Below, piece by piece: positions 1 to 12,609 of a DNA stretch of 64,000 bases. The notes beneath the pieces are model-generated. The model was not told the DNA's origin, searched no databases, and saw only the letters and a list, made by a program, of their open reading frames with translations. This DNA comes from Hemiscyllium ocellatum (lineage: Eukaryota). A program made the translations under genes and the position numbers. The stretch is taken from positions 32,300,443 to 32,364,442 of the forward strand of contig NC_083438.1 in assembly GCF_020745735.1 (NCBI RefSeq), read 5' to 3'. How positions within the stretch are numbered: the first letter of the stretch is position 1; each line of letters opens with the position of its first letter.

Positions 1-350
1 CTTGCTGTGTCTCTATAACAATTTTTTTGTCACTTATACCAGAATGCCTATATCCCTCTGAATTCTGCAGTCATTCTGTGCAAATATTGTTGCACTTTTT
101 TCTTTCATCCCACCAAACTTAATAACTTAATTTCCCAGGTTACATTCCATCTGTCAGATTTTTGCCCACTCACTTAACCCATCTACATAGATATGCCACC
201 TGCTTATGTCTTCAACATATTTTTATGCCTATCGTGATGTCACTTAACATCTAAAGATAGTAGGAAAGTTGAGGGGCTAAATGGCCTAATTAAATTTACA
301 TTGCAAATTATATTAACATAATATTTAATCTGTTGGTTTCTCTATCCTAG

Positions 351-516
351 TAACTGTAACAAAAAGCAGGTCAGCAGCACTCCAAATGAAGCACCAAATG
401 ATGACCCTTTGAGAGAGGTGATCTGTACACAGAGCCTTGTGCCAACAGCACCTGAGCATCAGGATGGAGCGTCTGGAGAACAAAACCTTCTGGGGAACGG
501 GGCTGTCCAGTACTGA
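351..516 (+). CDS. Terminal cytoplasmic-tail exon of an upstream IgSF paralog (rest of gene lies before the window)
   Basis: Acceptor tctatcctag at 341-350; phase-2 exon reads NCNKKQVSSTPNEAPNDDPLREVICTQSLVPTAPEHQDGASGEQNLLGNGAVQY*; clearly homologous to 36502-36661; downstream flank to ~1460 matches ~36660-37640. Confidence 0.75.
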
Positions 517-1622
517 GCTTTCATTGTACTGAGCCTGGCTTGGGAGGGGAGGGGAGGAGAGGAATCAGCCCAGTGTTGTGGAGATTATTTCTGGTGGAAA
601 GCCTGAGCTCAAAGTTAGGATCAACAATCGCTTGCCACTTTGCTCAAATATTTCCAAGATTGAGCTGCTCAGGAGAGAAATGCCAAATTGAAGTATTATT
701 TTACTTGGAAAGCTGTCGAAGTATTTTATACTGTATTATACCTGTGTTATTACAGACTGTGTCCAAACCAGTTTCTGGGTTCACCTATAGCTTTGCAATC
801 CTAACTCTACCCCAATACTGATCCTGTGAGATAATAAATAATTTCCTTATTCTTAATTACTAACTTGTTCCCAGTGAGTGATGCTGCAAGGGCCCCATTT
901 ATTGTCCATGCAAACTTGACCTACTACCGTGGGGAACATTTGAAGAGGGTTCAGAAACTCTCTGTAGCAGCTTCTTTTGGACAAAGCCAGGAACTATATT
1001 ATTGCCAGCAACAGGTCTATTGGCCAAAAACCATGAAAAATTATATTTTCAGAGATATTATTTCACACCCCTTAAGCAGATGAGATTTTAGTGTGATTCC
1101 TCACTCAAAGATAGTGATAATACCACAACACACCACTATCCTTTTGAATCATATCTTGTTTATTTGAAATTTCTTTTTGAAATCAAACAACTTTTTGTAT
1201 TTGCCAATTGATAAATACATTGTTTTGTAAATATTTTAGTGTGATTATGTATTTCCAGCTTCCACTGTCTTGCCTTGCTGTGTTTTGCTCCAAGATGCAA
1301 TTAAAGAGATGATATTAGTAGGTCTACAGTCTGATGTTTAATGAATCTGTTGATCACTGCATGAACAGAGGGGCTGTTGTCTACAGGCAGTAGGTCCCTG
1401 ACTATGACTTGGAGTGAAGAGAATTTGCTGAAGACTAGGATCAGTGATTGTAGGAATCTCATTCTGGCAGTTGAGGGAAGGATGGCAGGAGATGTGCAGT
1501 CATCAAATGCTCAATGCTTAGCACTATTCACAACTTCAGATACTGAAGCAGTCTGTATTCAAACGCAACAAGATTTGTATCAGATCTGGTCTTGAACTGA
1601 TGAAGTGGCAAGTAACATTTGT

Positions 1623-1790
1623 GCATGGCACCCCCTGGTTAGCACTGCTGCCTCACAGCTCCAGGGACCTCGGCTCAATTCCACCCTTAGGTGACTGTCT
1701 GTGTGGAATTTATATACATTCTCCATATCTCCATGAGTTTCTACTAAATGCTCCGGTTTCCTCTCTCACTTCAACAGTGGGTAGATTTAG
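1623..1790 (+). mobile_element. HE1-like tRNA-derived V-SINE, 5' part
   Basis: TGGTTAGCACTGCTGCCTCACAGC head followed by GTGTGGAATTT...GGTTTCCTC central domain. Confidence 0.7.
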
Positions 1791-1791
1791 A

Positions 1792-2072
1792 TTTTAGATT
1801 AGATTACAGTGTGGAAACAGGCCCTGCGGCCCAACAAGTCCACACCGACCTGCCAAAGCGCAACCCACCCAGACCCATTCCCCTACATTTACCCCTTCAC
1901 CTAACACTATGGGCAATTTAGCATAGCTAATTCACCTAACCTGCACATTTTTGGATTGTGGGAGGAAACCCACACAGACACTGGGAGAATGTGCAAACAC
2001 CACACAGCGTCGCCTGAGGCAGGAATTGATCCCTGGGCTCTGAGGCTACAGTGCTGGCCACTGTGCCACCAT
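1792..2072 (-). mobile_element. HE1-like V-SINE, near full length
   Basis: Reverse complement of GGTGGCACAGTGG head through GGGCCTGTTTCCACACTGTAATCTAATCTAA tail. Confidence 0.85.
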
Positions 2073-2259
2073 TGGCTGTAGATTGGCCATAAAAATTGTC
2101 CATTCTATCCACTGATCTGTAGACTAAGTGGATTAGCCATGGTAAATGGGGTGTTACAGGTGAGGGGAAGAGAACTTGCTCCGGTTGGGATGTTTTTTGA
2201 AAGGTCGGTGCAAACTCAATGGGCCGAATAACCTCTTTCTACACTGCAGGGATGGAATG

Positions 2260-2880
2260 ACACTCCGATGCCAGGCGATGACTATCTCCAATATGAGAAA
2301 CTAACCACCATTCCTTAACATTGAATGATGCCACCATCACTGACGTTACCCTGCTATTAGCACACTGGTGTTTACCATCAGCCAGAACAGCAACTATACC
2401 CACTCTGTAAACAGTGGCTACACAAGCAGACCAGAGGCTCTAGGCATATTCACCCTGTGACGCATCCCCAAAACTTATTCCCCATCTACAAGGCACAAGT
2501 CAGGAGCGTGGGGGATGAGTGCAGTTCCAACACAAGTAGTTCAACACCATCCGGGACAAGTGGGTCAATATTCACTCCACTGCCTTTAATCCAGAGTGTA
2601 TCACATTGTGCCCTCACCTCTGGTGGGCCTGTCCTTCCAGTGGGAAATGACATACCCAGAGGTGGTGATAGGGGAGTCGGGGTTGTTGTGTTATTTCTGT
2701 CAGTGTGACTATATCCCACAGTGTCCCAAGTTGGACCCCAGTCCCCAGATGTTAATGAGGGGGACTTTGCAGGTTCAGCTGGGCTGGCTATGACATTGCT
2801 GTGTCCTGATTCGATGCCTGGCTCACAGCCAGTGGTCCATTCAGTTTTATTGTGGATTTTCCTGTCTAGGGGTTTGGTAC
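2260..2880. mobile_element. CR1 LINE fragments: 3' RT part on + (about 2260-2620) and endonuclease 5' part on - (about 2620-2880)
   Basis: Similar to CR1 segments at 15500-15900 and 16930-17130; the - part matches 28400-28620, 34390-34620 and 62080-62330. Confidence 0.6.
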
Positions 2881-2989
2881 AAACTAATTGATGTGCTCAG
2901 ACAATTAAGCAGGCAGTTAAATATGCCCGAGGTGAATGCGGGAATGGATTCCCGTTTAGACATAGTAACATAACCACTGCACTACTGTC

Positions 2990-3310
2990 CCTGACATGGA
3001 CTGAAACAACTCCCAAAGTGATTCCTCATTCTGCTGTAAATCTGACACTGATACACATCTTGGTCTGACCTCTGGAGGTCAGAGATCAGAAATGACTTCT
3101 TGATTTATTCCGGTTGATGTTTGAACAGGTTTATTCTGTTTTTGAACGGTGAATCTTGTTATCTAAAATCATTGTTCCCATTGATAGATTTGTGTAAAAC
3201 TTCCCTCTTGGGTATCCCCCAAATTACCAGTAAATCAGACATTCCCTTTGTAGGTACAGCGCAGCCCAGTCTGCTTCCCAAGGAACCAGAAACTGGGACA
3301 GGGGAGTTAC
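2990..3310 (-). pseudogene. Decayed IgV exon, paralog of 27560-27904
   Basis: tttccag acceptor then GNSPVPVSG...SDLLVIWGIPKREVLHKSINGNNDFR*QDSPFKNRINLFKHQPE*...LISDLQRSDQDVYQCQIYSRM; frameshifts around the first Cys and in-frame stops. Confidence 0.85.
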
Positions 3311-3384
3311 CTGGAAAGATTGGATAAATATTTATCCAGAGACATCGTGTACCAATCCTCCCCCCCACCCCCCCAAATTACATT

Positions 3385-3860
3385 ATGGAAACAGCTGAGA
3401 CCCAAACTTTTATATTTCTTTAAAAGGCAAATGTAAGATGTGTGTTCCAGATATGATTGGATTGATCCACCACTGAGCTTTAATCAACACAGTTTAATCT
3501 TGCAACACAGTTAAAATACAAAGAAAAATTGGCATAACTGTACTGAAATATTTAACAAGATAATGCATTATTCAACTAGTAATCATCAACTGTTCCGATT
3601 TAGGCAGCATCCCATAAACACACCCTTGGCAACAACAATTCAGTAATATATTTATTATTGTCATGTGCTGTCTCTCTCAAATCCAGTAGAAAGAAACAAT
3701 CTGCTCTTTTGATTTTTAAGAGGAAGCCTCTTGGTCTTGGACTTCACTCTTGCAGCAGAGAACTCAGTCGTTCAGGCCAAGCAAAAGCCAGCAACAAACT
3801 GAAAGCAAAACTAAACTCCTTTGTGGGTTTGTGTGAACCTGACCCTGCCTGGTCATGAAT
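3385..3860. mobile_element. LTR-like segment distantly related to 10268-10891
   Basis: Shares motifs (ttatgga start, ccactgagcttt/ccacttagtttt, cccataaacac(a)ccct) with the Gypsy LTR but is strongly diverged. Confidence 0.4.
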
Positions 3861-3899
3861 TTTTGACTTATTTTTAAATAACATACCCAGAGGTTGTAG

Positions 3900-4465
3900 G
3901 AGTGCATTTACTGCATCTGCTGCACCCGATGTGGCCTCCACTATATTGAAGAAACAGACCGCCTACTTGCGGAACGTTTCAGAGAACATCTCTGGGACAC
4001 CCGGACCAACCAACCCAGCCATCCCATGGTTCAACACTTCAAGGACATGCAGGTCCTTGGACTCCTCCATCGCCAGACCATGGCAACACGACGGCTGGAG
4101 GAAAAGCGCCTCATCTTCCGCCTGGGAACCCTCCAACCACAAGAGATGAACTCAGATTTCTCCAGTTTCCTCATTTCCCCTCCCCTCACCTTGTCTCAGT
4201 CTAATCCCTCGAACTCAGCACTGCCTTCCTAACCTGCAATCTTCTTCCTGACCTCTCCGCCCCCACCCCCACTCCGGCCTATCACCCTCACCTTGACCTC
4301 CTTCCACCTATCGCATTTCCAACGCTCCTCCCCACCTTTTATCATAGCCTGCTGGACACACTTTCCTTATTCCTGAAGAAGGGCTCATGCCCGAAACGTC
4401 GACTCTCCTGCTCCTTGGATGCTGCCTGACCCGCTGCGCTTTTCCAGCAACATATTTTCAGCTCT
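3900..4465 (+). mobile_element. Penelope-like element family A: upstream partial tandem copy (GIY-YIG C-terminus plus 3' end, pseudo-LTR)
   Basis: Direct homolog of 5340-5920; translates YCICCTRCGLHYIEET...ERFREHLWDT; ends with hammerhead-bearing terminus at 4373-4400. Confidence 0.85.
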
Positions 4466-4489
4466 GATCTCCAGCAGGAGAATCAACAT

Positions 4490-5920
4490 TTCGGGCATAA
4501 GCCTTTTGTCGGATATATGGAACAGTCCACCTTCCGCAGCTACACTGGCACCCCCCCCCCACCCCAATTTTTCCTCCGCTACATCGATGACTGTATTGGC
4601 GCTACCCCATGCTCCCACGAGGTTGAACAGTTCATCCACTTTACTAACACCTTCCACCCCGACCTCAAATTTACCTGGACCATCTCAGACTCCTCCCTCC
4701 CCTTCCTAGATCTCTCCATTTCTATCGCGGGCAACCGACTCAACATGGACATTTACTATAAACCGACTGACTCCCACAGCTACCTAGATTAAACCTCCTC
4801 CCACACTGCCCCCTGTAAAAAACACCATCCCATATTCCCAATTCCTTCGCCTCCTCCACATCTGCTCCCAGGAGGACCATTTCCAATACCGAACAACCCA
4901 GATGGCCTCCTTCTTCAAAGACCGCAATTTCCCCTTGGACGTGGTTGACGATGCTCTCCACCGCATCTCCTCCACTTCCTGCTCCTCCGCCCTTGAACCC
5001 CGCCCTTCCAATCGCCACCAGGACAGAACCCCACTGGTCCTCACCTACCACCCCACCAACCTCCACATACATCATATCATCCTTCGTCATTTCCGCCATC
5101 TCCAAACAGACCCCACCACCAAGAATATATTTCCCTCCTCTCCCCTATCAGCGTTCTGGAAAGACCACTCCCTCCGCGACTTCCTTGTCAGGTCCACACC
5201 CCCCACCAACCCAACCTCCACTCCCAGCAACCGCAAAAAATGCAAAACTTGCGCCCACACCTCCCCCCTCACTTCCCTCCAAGGCCCTAAGGGATCCTTC
5301 CATATCTGTCATAAATTCACTTGCACCTCCACACACATCATTTACTGCATCCGCTGCACCCGATGTGGCCTCCTCTACACAGGCCGCCTAATTGGGGAAC
5401 GTTTCAGAGAACACCTCTGGGACACCCACACCAAACAACCCAACCGCCCCGTAACTGAACACTTTAACTCCCCCTCCCACTCCACCAAGGACATGCAGGT
5501 CCTTGGCCTCCATCGCCAGACATGGCAACACGATGCCTGGAGGAAGAGTGACTCATCTTCCGTCTAGGAACCCTCCAACCACGAGGAATGAATGCAGATT
5601 TCTCCAGCTTCCTCATTTCCCCTCCCCTCACCTTATCTCAGTCTCAACCCTCGGACTCAGCACAGCCTTCTTGACCTGCAATCTTCTTCCCGACCTCTCC
5701 ACCCCCACCGCCTCTACAGCCTATCACCCTCACCTTAACCTCCTTCCACCTAACGCATTCCCAATGCCCCTCCCCCAAGTTCCTCTTCCCTACCTTTTAT
5801 TTTAGCCTGCTTTGCACACTTTCCTCATTCTTGAAGAAGGACTAATGCCCGAAACGTCGATTCTCCTTCTCCTTGGATGCTGCCTGACCTGCTGCGTTTT
5901 TCTAGCAACACATTTTTCAG
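4490..5920 (+). mobile_element. Penelope-like element family A: RT C-terminus plus GIY-YIG endonuclease, degenerate
   Basis: ORF 4517-4792 has RYIDD and LPFLDL RT motifs; ORF 4902-5567 has CxxC and IYCIRCTRCGLLYTG...ERFREH. Confidence 0.9.
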
Positions 5921-5934
5921 CATCTTCCTTTAAC

Positions 5935-8900
5935 AGCACAGCACAGCACAGCACAGCACAGACACCCACATCAACAGCCACCTTGAATGGCTTTGCGTAA
6001 TTAGGGGTGGTGAACACTGGGGCAGTGGTTAACAGCTTCAGGCAGTCAAATGTTTACTTTTTTAGTAATTCAGTGAATAGAGCAGCCACATTGCTAAAAT
6101 TTGGTACTAATTTCCAATATAATCCATTCAATCCCAGGAATAGTAGTACTGTTCTTTGTCGATGGGGTGGGAAACTCCCCAATTACCTTATTTTTGCATT
6201 CCATGGGGTGCCATTTGTCCAAGTCCAATTACATGGCCCAGGAGGTTGACCAGGGCTTTGGCAATTCACTCTTAGCTAGGTTTATCACCAAGCCTGCCGA
6301 ACAAGGCCGGTAGGTGTTCCTTCTATGCGTGACTAAAAATCACCAGGTGTTCTTTATGTATGAACAATTGGGTAATCTTAGTCTCTGAATTGTGGCAGGC
6401 GCATTTTTCACACCAAACGGCGTGACTTTGAACTGATACAGTTCAGTTGACGTTACAAAAGCCAAAATTGGCTTCGCCCTTTCAGATAAAAAGGTACCTG
6501 CCAGTATTCTCTGAGAAGTTGCTTGTCCCACCTTTTCAACATGACCTTCTAAATGGGGAAAATCGGATGTGCACCTGTCTTTCTAACTGCATTTACTTTG
6601 CAACAGTCCACAGGTAACCGTTGGGTACCATCTGGTTTTGGCACCATTACAAGAGTGAGCTTCGGTCACTGTCACTCACTTTGATTGTGGTCTTGGAGCA
6701 TGCATTCAATCTCCTGCGCCAAATTTAGAGGGTTATGCCTATGAGAATGTTGCTTAATCAGAACAGCATCTTCTAGATTTACATTATGTGTAGTTAGGTT
6801 AGACTTCCCAGCTTATTTCCACATATCTCAAGTGATCGTAATAACTTTTAGGTCATTTTGATTTTTCTCTAGAAGGTTTCTCAATAATTTATTCCAATTT
6901 TTGATAACTTCCTCATTGCCCAATTAAAAATCCTCTGAACTTAGTTTTTCACTCTGTGTAACCAATAACACAGTCTACTTTTGCTTTCATCCCTATCAAA
7001 ACATCTTTTCAGCATATTCACATGACAGGTTTCTTTCTGTCTAAAGTCTTTATCAAATAAATCACCTCACTCGATCTCCTTTTGACTTAATACGGTCCAG
7101 TAAACCTTGCTTTTAAAAGGTTCACCTATCACTGGAAGTAATACTAACACCTTATCACCAATAACAAAATTGACAGTTGATTTTTAGTCTACTTCCTGTT
7201 TCATTGTAGCTGCCATATTTCCAAATTCCGTCTAGCCAACTCCCCCACTCTATTTAATTGTTCCCTAAAATCTAACACATAGTTCAAAAACTATGAATTC
7301 TGACTTACCAATGTTTCCTTAATCAATTTTAGCAGTCCTCTCACTTCATGCCCAAAAACAAATTCAAATGGACTGATTTTGGTCAATTCATTTGGTATAT
7401 CTCTGACTGCAAAAAGCAAAAACGGAAATCCCTTATCTCAATCATCTGGATAATCTTTACTATAAGCCCTCAACGTGACCTTTAATGTCTGATGCCACCT
7501 TTATAATGCTCCTTGCAATTCTGGCTGGTACGCAGTTTGAATTGTTTTATTCCTGAGCTGTCCATAACTTGTTTGAATAATGTTGCTGTAAAGTTTGACC
7601 CTTGATCTGATTGTATTTCTGTGGGCAGTCCATATGTAGTGAAAAAAATTGAGTAACTCCTCTACAATCCTTTAAGCTGTAACACTGCATAATGGAGCGG
7701 CCTCTGTAAATCTAGTCGACGCATCCATTGTTGTTAACTAATACTGATTCCTACTTTTGTTTTAGGTAGAGGTCCTAAGCAATCAATTAAGACTCTTGTA
7801 AAAGGTGCCTCAAATGCAGGAATAGGTATTAAAGCTGAGGGTTTTCCAATTACCTGACATGTGTGACATGTCTGGCAAAATTCAACTACATCCTTGTGCA
7901 CTCCAGGCCATTAAAAATGTTTTCATATTTTAGCTTGAGTTTTTCTTATCCCTAAATGAACCTCAACTGGGAGTTCATGCAAGACCTGCAACACCACCTT
8001 TCTATAATCCACTGGCAATACAACTTAAATGAACTTCTGCCCATTTCTCATCTGCCTGAATACATGATGATCTCCATTTCCTCATTAAGACATCATTCAT
8101 AAGATAGCAGCATTTATGGAAACATCTAGATTCTTCTTCTGTAAATGCTTTTTAGACACAATTGGTTTAGTTTCTCATCTTTCTGTTGTATCTTGGTTAA
8201 TTTCTCTGAACTAAAGATGTCTGTTTTGTCATCTATCTGCTCCTTGTTTGTCTCAACCATCTGATCAAACAGGGTCTGCTAATTTCACTTCAATTTCCTT
8301 ATCTGCACTCTTTGATCTCTCCTTTTCAATTGGTGACTTTGTGACCTCATTACCATCCAGTCAGGAAAAATCCCAGGCTATGCTTCCTGCACTTTGAGTT
8401 TCCACTGGCTTTTCAACCACAGTAGGCAGCATGTCTACCTGTGAATCAGTTATATTGTTAGCAAGGACAAATGGTATGCCATGAGCAGAGAGTTTGTCCA
8501 GTACGCCTACCATGACTTCTCCACTCTCCTCTGTACACTCTAAACTCACTCGACATAATTGAGCACTTCTTGTCTCCCTGTGAATTCATGTTACTAGCAC
8601 TTTTTCTGGTAATAGTCCTTCAGAGATACATATATCCTCATGCTCCAACATGAAAGATTGAGAGAATCTTGTATCTCTTATTATGGTAACCTCTTTACCT
8701 GCTGTTCTGGTCTATGCGAGTAAACACTACCTTCGCAGGTATATGGTTTAAGATGATCAGGCATTTCCTCCTTAACCAACCTCTGACCAGGTTGTAGACT
8801 CTGGTGCAGATTTCTAACCTCCTCTATGCTTTATTACCACTCCAACAAAATTCACTGGCTTATCCTGTTTTCCTACATTTGGTTTCCCAGCCCACCAACA

Positions 8901-10264
8901 CTGATTTCATGTGGCCTTTTTTATTGCAGCGAAAACACCAGAGTTATTTAAACTTCTCTTTCCCCTTCAACGGTTTCCTTTTTACCCAGTAGTAAGTTAT
9001 CCTTATGATCTTCACTGAGATCTACTTTCCCCTTTCTAAGAGTATTATCTTTTCCCCAATTCCTATCTCTCACAGATTGAAATTGATTTTGAAAGCCAAA
9101 CTTTGACCTATGAACCAACTCAATCTTCCCATTTTAACTCTACACTCTTCCACTCAAGTTCTCACTACTTTAGGAAGTGAGTTTTTGAACTCCTCCAAAA
9201 TAATTGTCCTTCTAAGAGCATCATAAGTTTGTTCTATTTTCAATTCCCTTATCCACCAATCAAAATTACTATTTGATCCTTTCAGACTGAATGTAGTTTT
9301 GACCAGGGTCCCTCAGATTGCAGAAAGACCGTCTGTCAGCTTCTGGCACAAGCTGGCATGCATTTAAGATTAAAAATCACACAACACCAGGTTGGAAGCA
9401 ATTAAACCTGTTGGTCTATAACCTGTTGTTGTGTGATTTTTAACTTTGTACACCCCAGTCCAACACCGGCATCTCCAAATCATGCATTTAAGATGGCTTT
9501 CTTCACCGCCGCATATACCCCAGAAACCTCTTCTGATAGTAATGTTAATATTGCAACAGCACAAAACCCACATGGTCACTGGCCACCACACTTGTTTAGC
9601 CACCTTTTCAAATGAGATGAAAAAGGTTTCCACTTCCTTCTCATCAAATTTAGGCAATGCTTGAATATATTTTCACCAGGCCTTTGGCTCCAGTAGGGTT
9701 GCTCTTCCTCACTAAGCTTACCTTCAGCCTCATCTCCATCCTTTTAAGTTGATTTTCCTGTCTAAGTGCTAATTTCTGAAGTTCAAACGCCTTCTTTCTT
9801 CCTTTCCCTTTTCTCCATTTCTCTTTGCTTTTTTCCTTTTGCTAAAGCAATTCAAACTGTTTTATTTCTGTTGCCCTTTCCTTGTCTTTTGCCTCTAACT
9901 AAAGCTGCTTCATTTTCAATTGAATTTTAGCTCCATTTAAAGATTCTGATGGCATTTCCAGCAGATTTAAATGCAAGCTATTGCTGTAATTATCTCTCCT
10001 TTCCTCATGGAAGGAGGCAGCTCCAGCTTTTCTTCTCATTCCAGCAGCTTGGCCTTAATCACCTTTTGCAAAACCTCTGAAGTCACTACTTTCACTCCCA
10101 GAAAACACTTGGTGACTGAAACAGCCATTATCTCAAGCACTGTTTAAACCAAACAAATTCAATACCCAGAACAAAAGATACTGAAGACAGCAAGTGGTAG
10201 GTGTTAAAGTCTAATAATCTAGTTCCAATTTGGAACTATAGAACAGATCTCAGATGAGCTCCCA
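5935..10264 (-). mobile_element. Gmr1-like Ty3/Gypsy internal region (gag-PR-IN-RT-RH), degenerate
   Basis: Minus-strand relics: gag PKFDEKEVETFFISFEK (~9650), knuckle CFRCNKKGH (~8930), protease IRDT (~8670), integrase WPGVHKDVVEFCQTCHTC / LIDCLGPLP / EIQSDQGSNF (7900-7580), RT YQFKVTPFGVKNAPATIQR (~6420), RH-side FKVAVD..VCAVL (~5980). Confidence 0.85.
10247..10264 (-). promoter_or_regulatory. tRNA-Pro-type primer-binding site of the Gypsy element
   Basis: TGGGAGCTCATCTGAGAT matches TGGGGGCTCGTCCGGGAT at 14/18 positions (all four differences are transitions), 3 nt from the LTR end. Confidence 0.7.
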
Positions 10265-10267
10265 ATC

Positions 10268-10891
10268 TGTTATGGACACGGCCACATCCCTCAAAACATT
10301 TCAAGAAAGTAGCCTGGACCCTAACTTTGCTAGTTTTGAGCAAGTGTAAAGTGGATATTCAGGAGAGATACCACTGGTCAAACCACTTAGTTTTAAACAA
10401 AACAGAATTCATTTACATTACCACCTCATGAAACACAAACAAAAGAGTACAGCATATAGAATAACTTAACCTATCCAAAACCCAAACAAATCATCCCAAC
10501 TTAATACCTGCAACAATTCCCCATAAACACCCTTTAGCACAAAAAGGTAAAATCAAACCAAGGACCTTCCATGAGAGAAGCCAGAGAGAAAGGAGGATCA
10601 GCCTGGACCTGCTCCTTTGGGGTCCAGCAGCTTTTTCCACCCTACTACTAAAACCAAACCATAGTATTACCAGAAAAACTGAGCCGGGAGAACTGGCCAC
10701 TCCCCTTTCATTGTACAAGTGTTTCTTTTAAACTTACTGCCACAGGCAAAAAGCTTTGATCTGTTAGCAATAACCAAACTGGCCCTAAACTTCCATCAAC
10801 TTCGACTTTTCAGAATCTGTGTCTTTTACAACCTCTCTGGGAAAAAAACCCAAGGACAACATAACCTTGTTAAAGGGGCAGCATCATCACA
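10268..10891 (-). mobile_element. 5' LTR of the Gypsy element
   Basis: Begins TG at 10268 next to the PBS; CA end near 10891 is approximate. Confidence 0.6.
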
Positions 10892-10939
10892 TGTCAAAGG
10901 TCACCGCCCAAGGGCCCAATGCCGAGGGAGCGACGCGCT

Positions 10940-11410
10940 GCCTGAGGGCCCAGTGCCGAAGGAGCAACGCACCATGGGGAGGTCATTGCTGAGACAGTAC
11001 CAACTGTCTGAGAGTGTACAGTGCTGAGAGAGTGCCATACTGTTGGCAGTTCACTGCTGATGGAGCATCGCACTGTCAGAGATATGTCCCCTTGAACAAG
11101 ATCTTAAAGCAATGTCCTCTCTCCAAGCTCAGGTCAATTCCATAGTTATCAGGGCAACTGTATTAAGAAGTCATCCGAAACGTCGAATTCTCTATTCCTG
11201 AGATGCTGCCTAACCTGCTGTGCTTTGACCAGCAACACATTTGCAGTTGCAACTGTATTAAGAAAACCAGTGATGGATTTCTTCCTGGTGTCCAATGTTT
11301 ATCTCATCAGCAACATTAAAAACAACACAATCTGGACATTATCTTGTTGGAATTTGCTGTGGAACTTGCTGTGCCCAGACTCCTCCAGCAACAACTACAT
11401 TTGAGCAATT
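10940..11410 (+). mobile_element. DeuSINE/SacSINE1-like element interrupted by a Penelope-end insertion (11170-11248)
   Basis: Resembles the shark DeuSINE body (gtgctgagagagtg..., ttgctgtggaacttgctgtgc); insertion flanked by 16-bp duplication GCAACTGTATTAAGAA (11154-11169, 11249-11264). Confidence 0.5.
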
Positions 11411-12609
11411 ATTTGTAAAAACAAAAATGACAAACATATCGCCAAGTAACAAACATCAGCCTCACTTAGCAGTGACATTCTCAGGCATTTCCTCAAGGGA
11501 AACCACCATTCTCTCTGGTCAATGTCCTTGACAAGGTACCAATACAACAGCAGCATGCAGTTACTGCTGGACAAACTCAGTGGGTCTGGCAGAACTATGG
11601 AGAGAACGCAGAGTTAACACTTCGAATCCTGAGATGCTTCTTCAAACTGAGAACGGACAGAACAGTCCCGAAGAAGGGTCACTAAACAAAATGTTAACTC
11701 TGGTTTCCATCCACAGATGCTCCCATACCTGCTGAGCTTCTCCAGCAATTTCTGCTTTTGTTTCATATCTCCACACCCACAGTTCTCAGTTTTATTATCA
11801 ATGTTGTCAACACTTCTCATCAGGACCAACACAAGAATGACAAACTTGAAACATTTTCAACAATAATACCACGGCCTTCAAAATTTGCTGTTCTTGTGAC
11901 TGTGATATAAACAAGCACATACTATTAACAAAGCACGTGATATATACAGCAAAGCATCTCCCCTTTTCAGAAACACAAAACACCACAAAATGTCTGCAGT
12001 CCCAATTTCAGCCTTCAACACAATTTATCTCTACCATGCCCTGCGGGAATGAGTTACACATTTTTACTCACTCTCTGGGGGAAGACATTTCACCTGAATT
12101 CTCCATTAGATTTATTACCGACTGTTTTTTTTCACCACACTCTAGTTCTGATCTCATACTAATAATGGAAATATCTTCTCTAAGTCTAACTGATCAAAGT
12201 CCCTGCCTAACTTTACAACTTGGATCAGGCCAACCCTCTGCCTTCTCATTTGTACAGAACACAGTCCATGGCCTGTCCAGTTCTTTCTTACCTGATCATC
12301 AAAACATTTTGGTACAAGGATCATATGCAAACATTGGGTAGGACTGCGCCGTCAGTCAACAGACAGTGATATCTTAGCGTTTGCAATGATATAAACTACC
12401 CTTGCTTTCAGAATGCAGTGTCAGTGGACATGTTCTGATCAGGGATTCCCAGCATGACTGCCCAATCCTTCAGCTTTATGGCCACGTCCTCCGTGACTTG
12501 GGAAAAAAAGCCGATTGTTTGAACGAAAATCTTCAGCAGAATCAACCGTTGCCAGGCAATGCATACAAGCACAAATGCCACAGGCTCTTTTCACCTTATG
12601 TAATATATT

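Noticed and set aside
3385-3860. 3' LTR partner of 10268-10891
   Set aside because: Far too diverged from the 5' LTR to be its twin; treated as a related but separate LTR.
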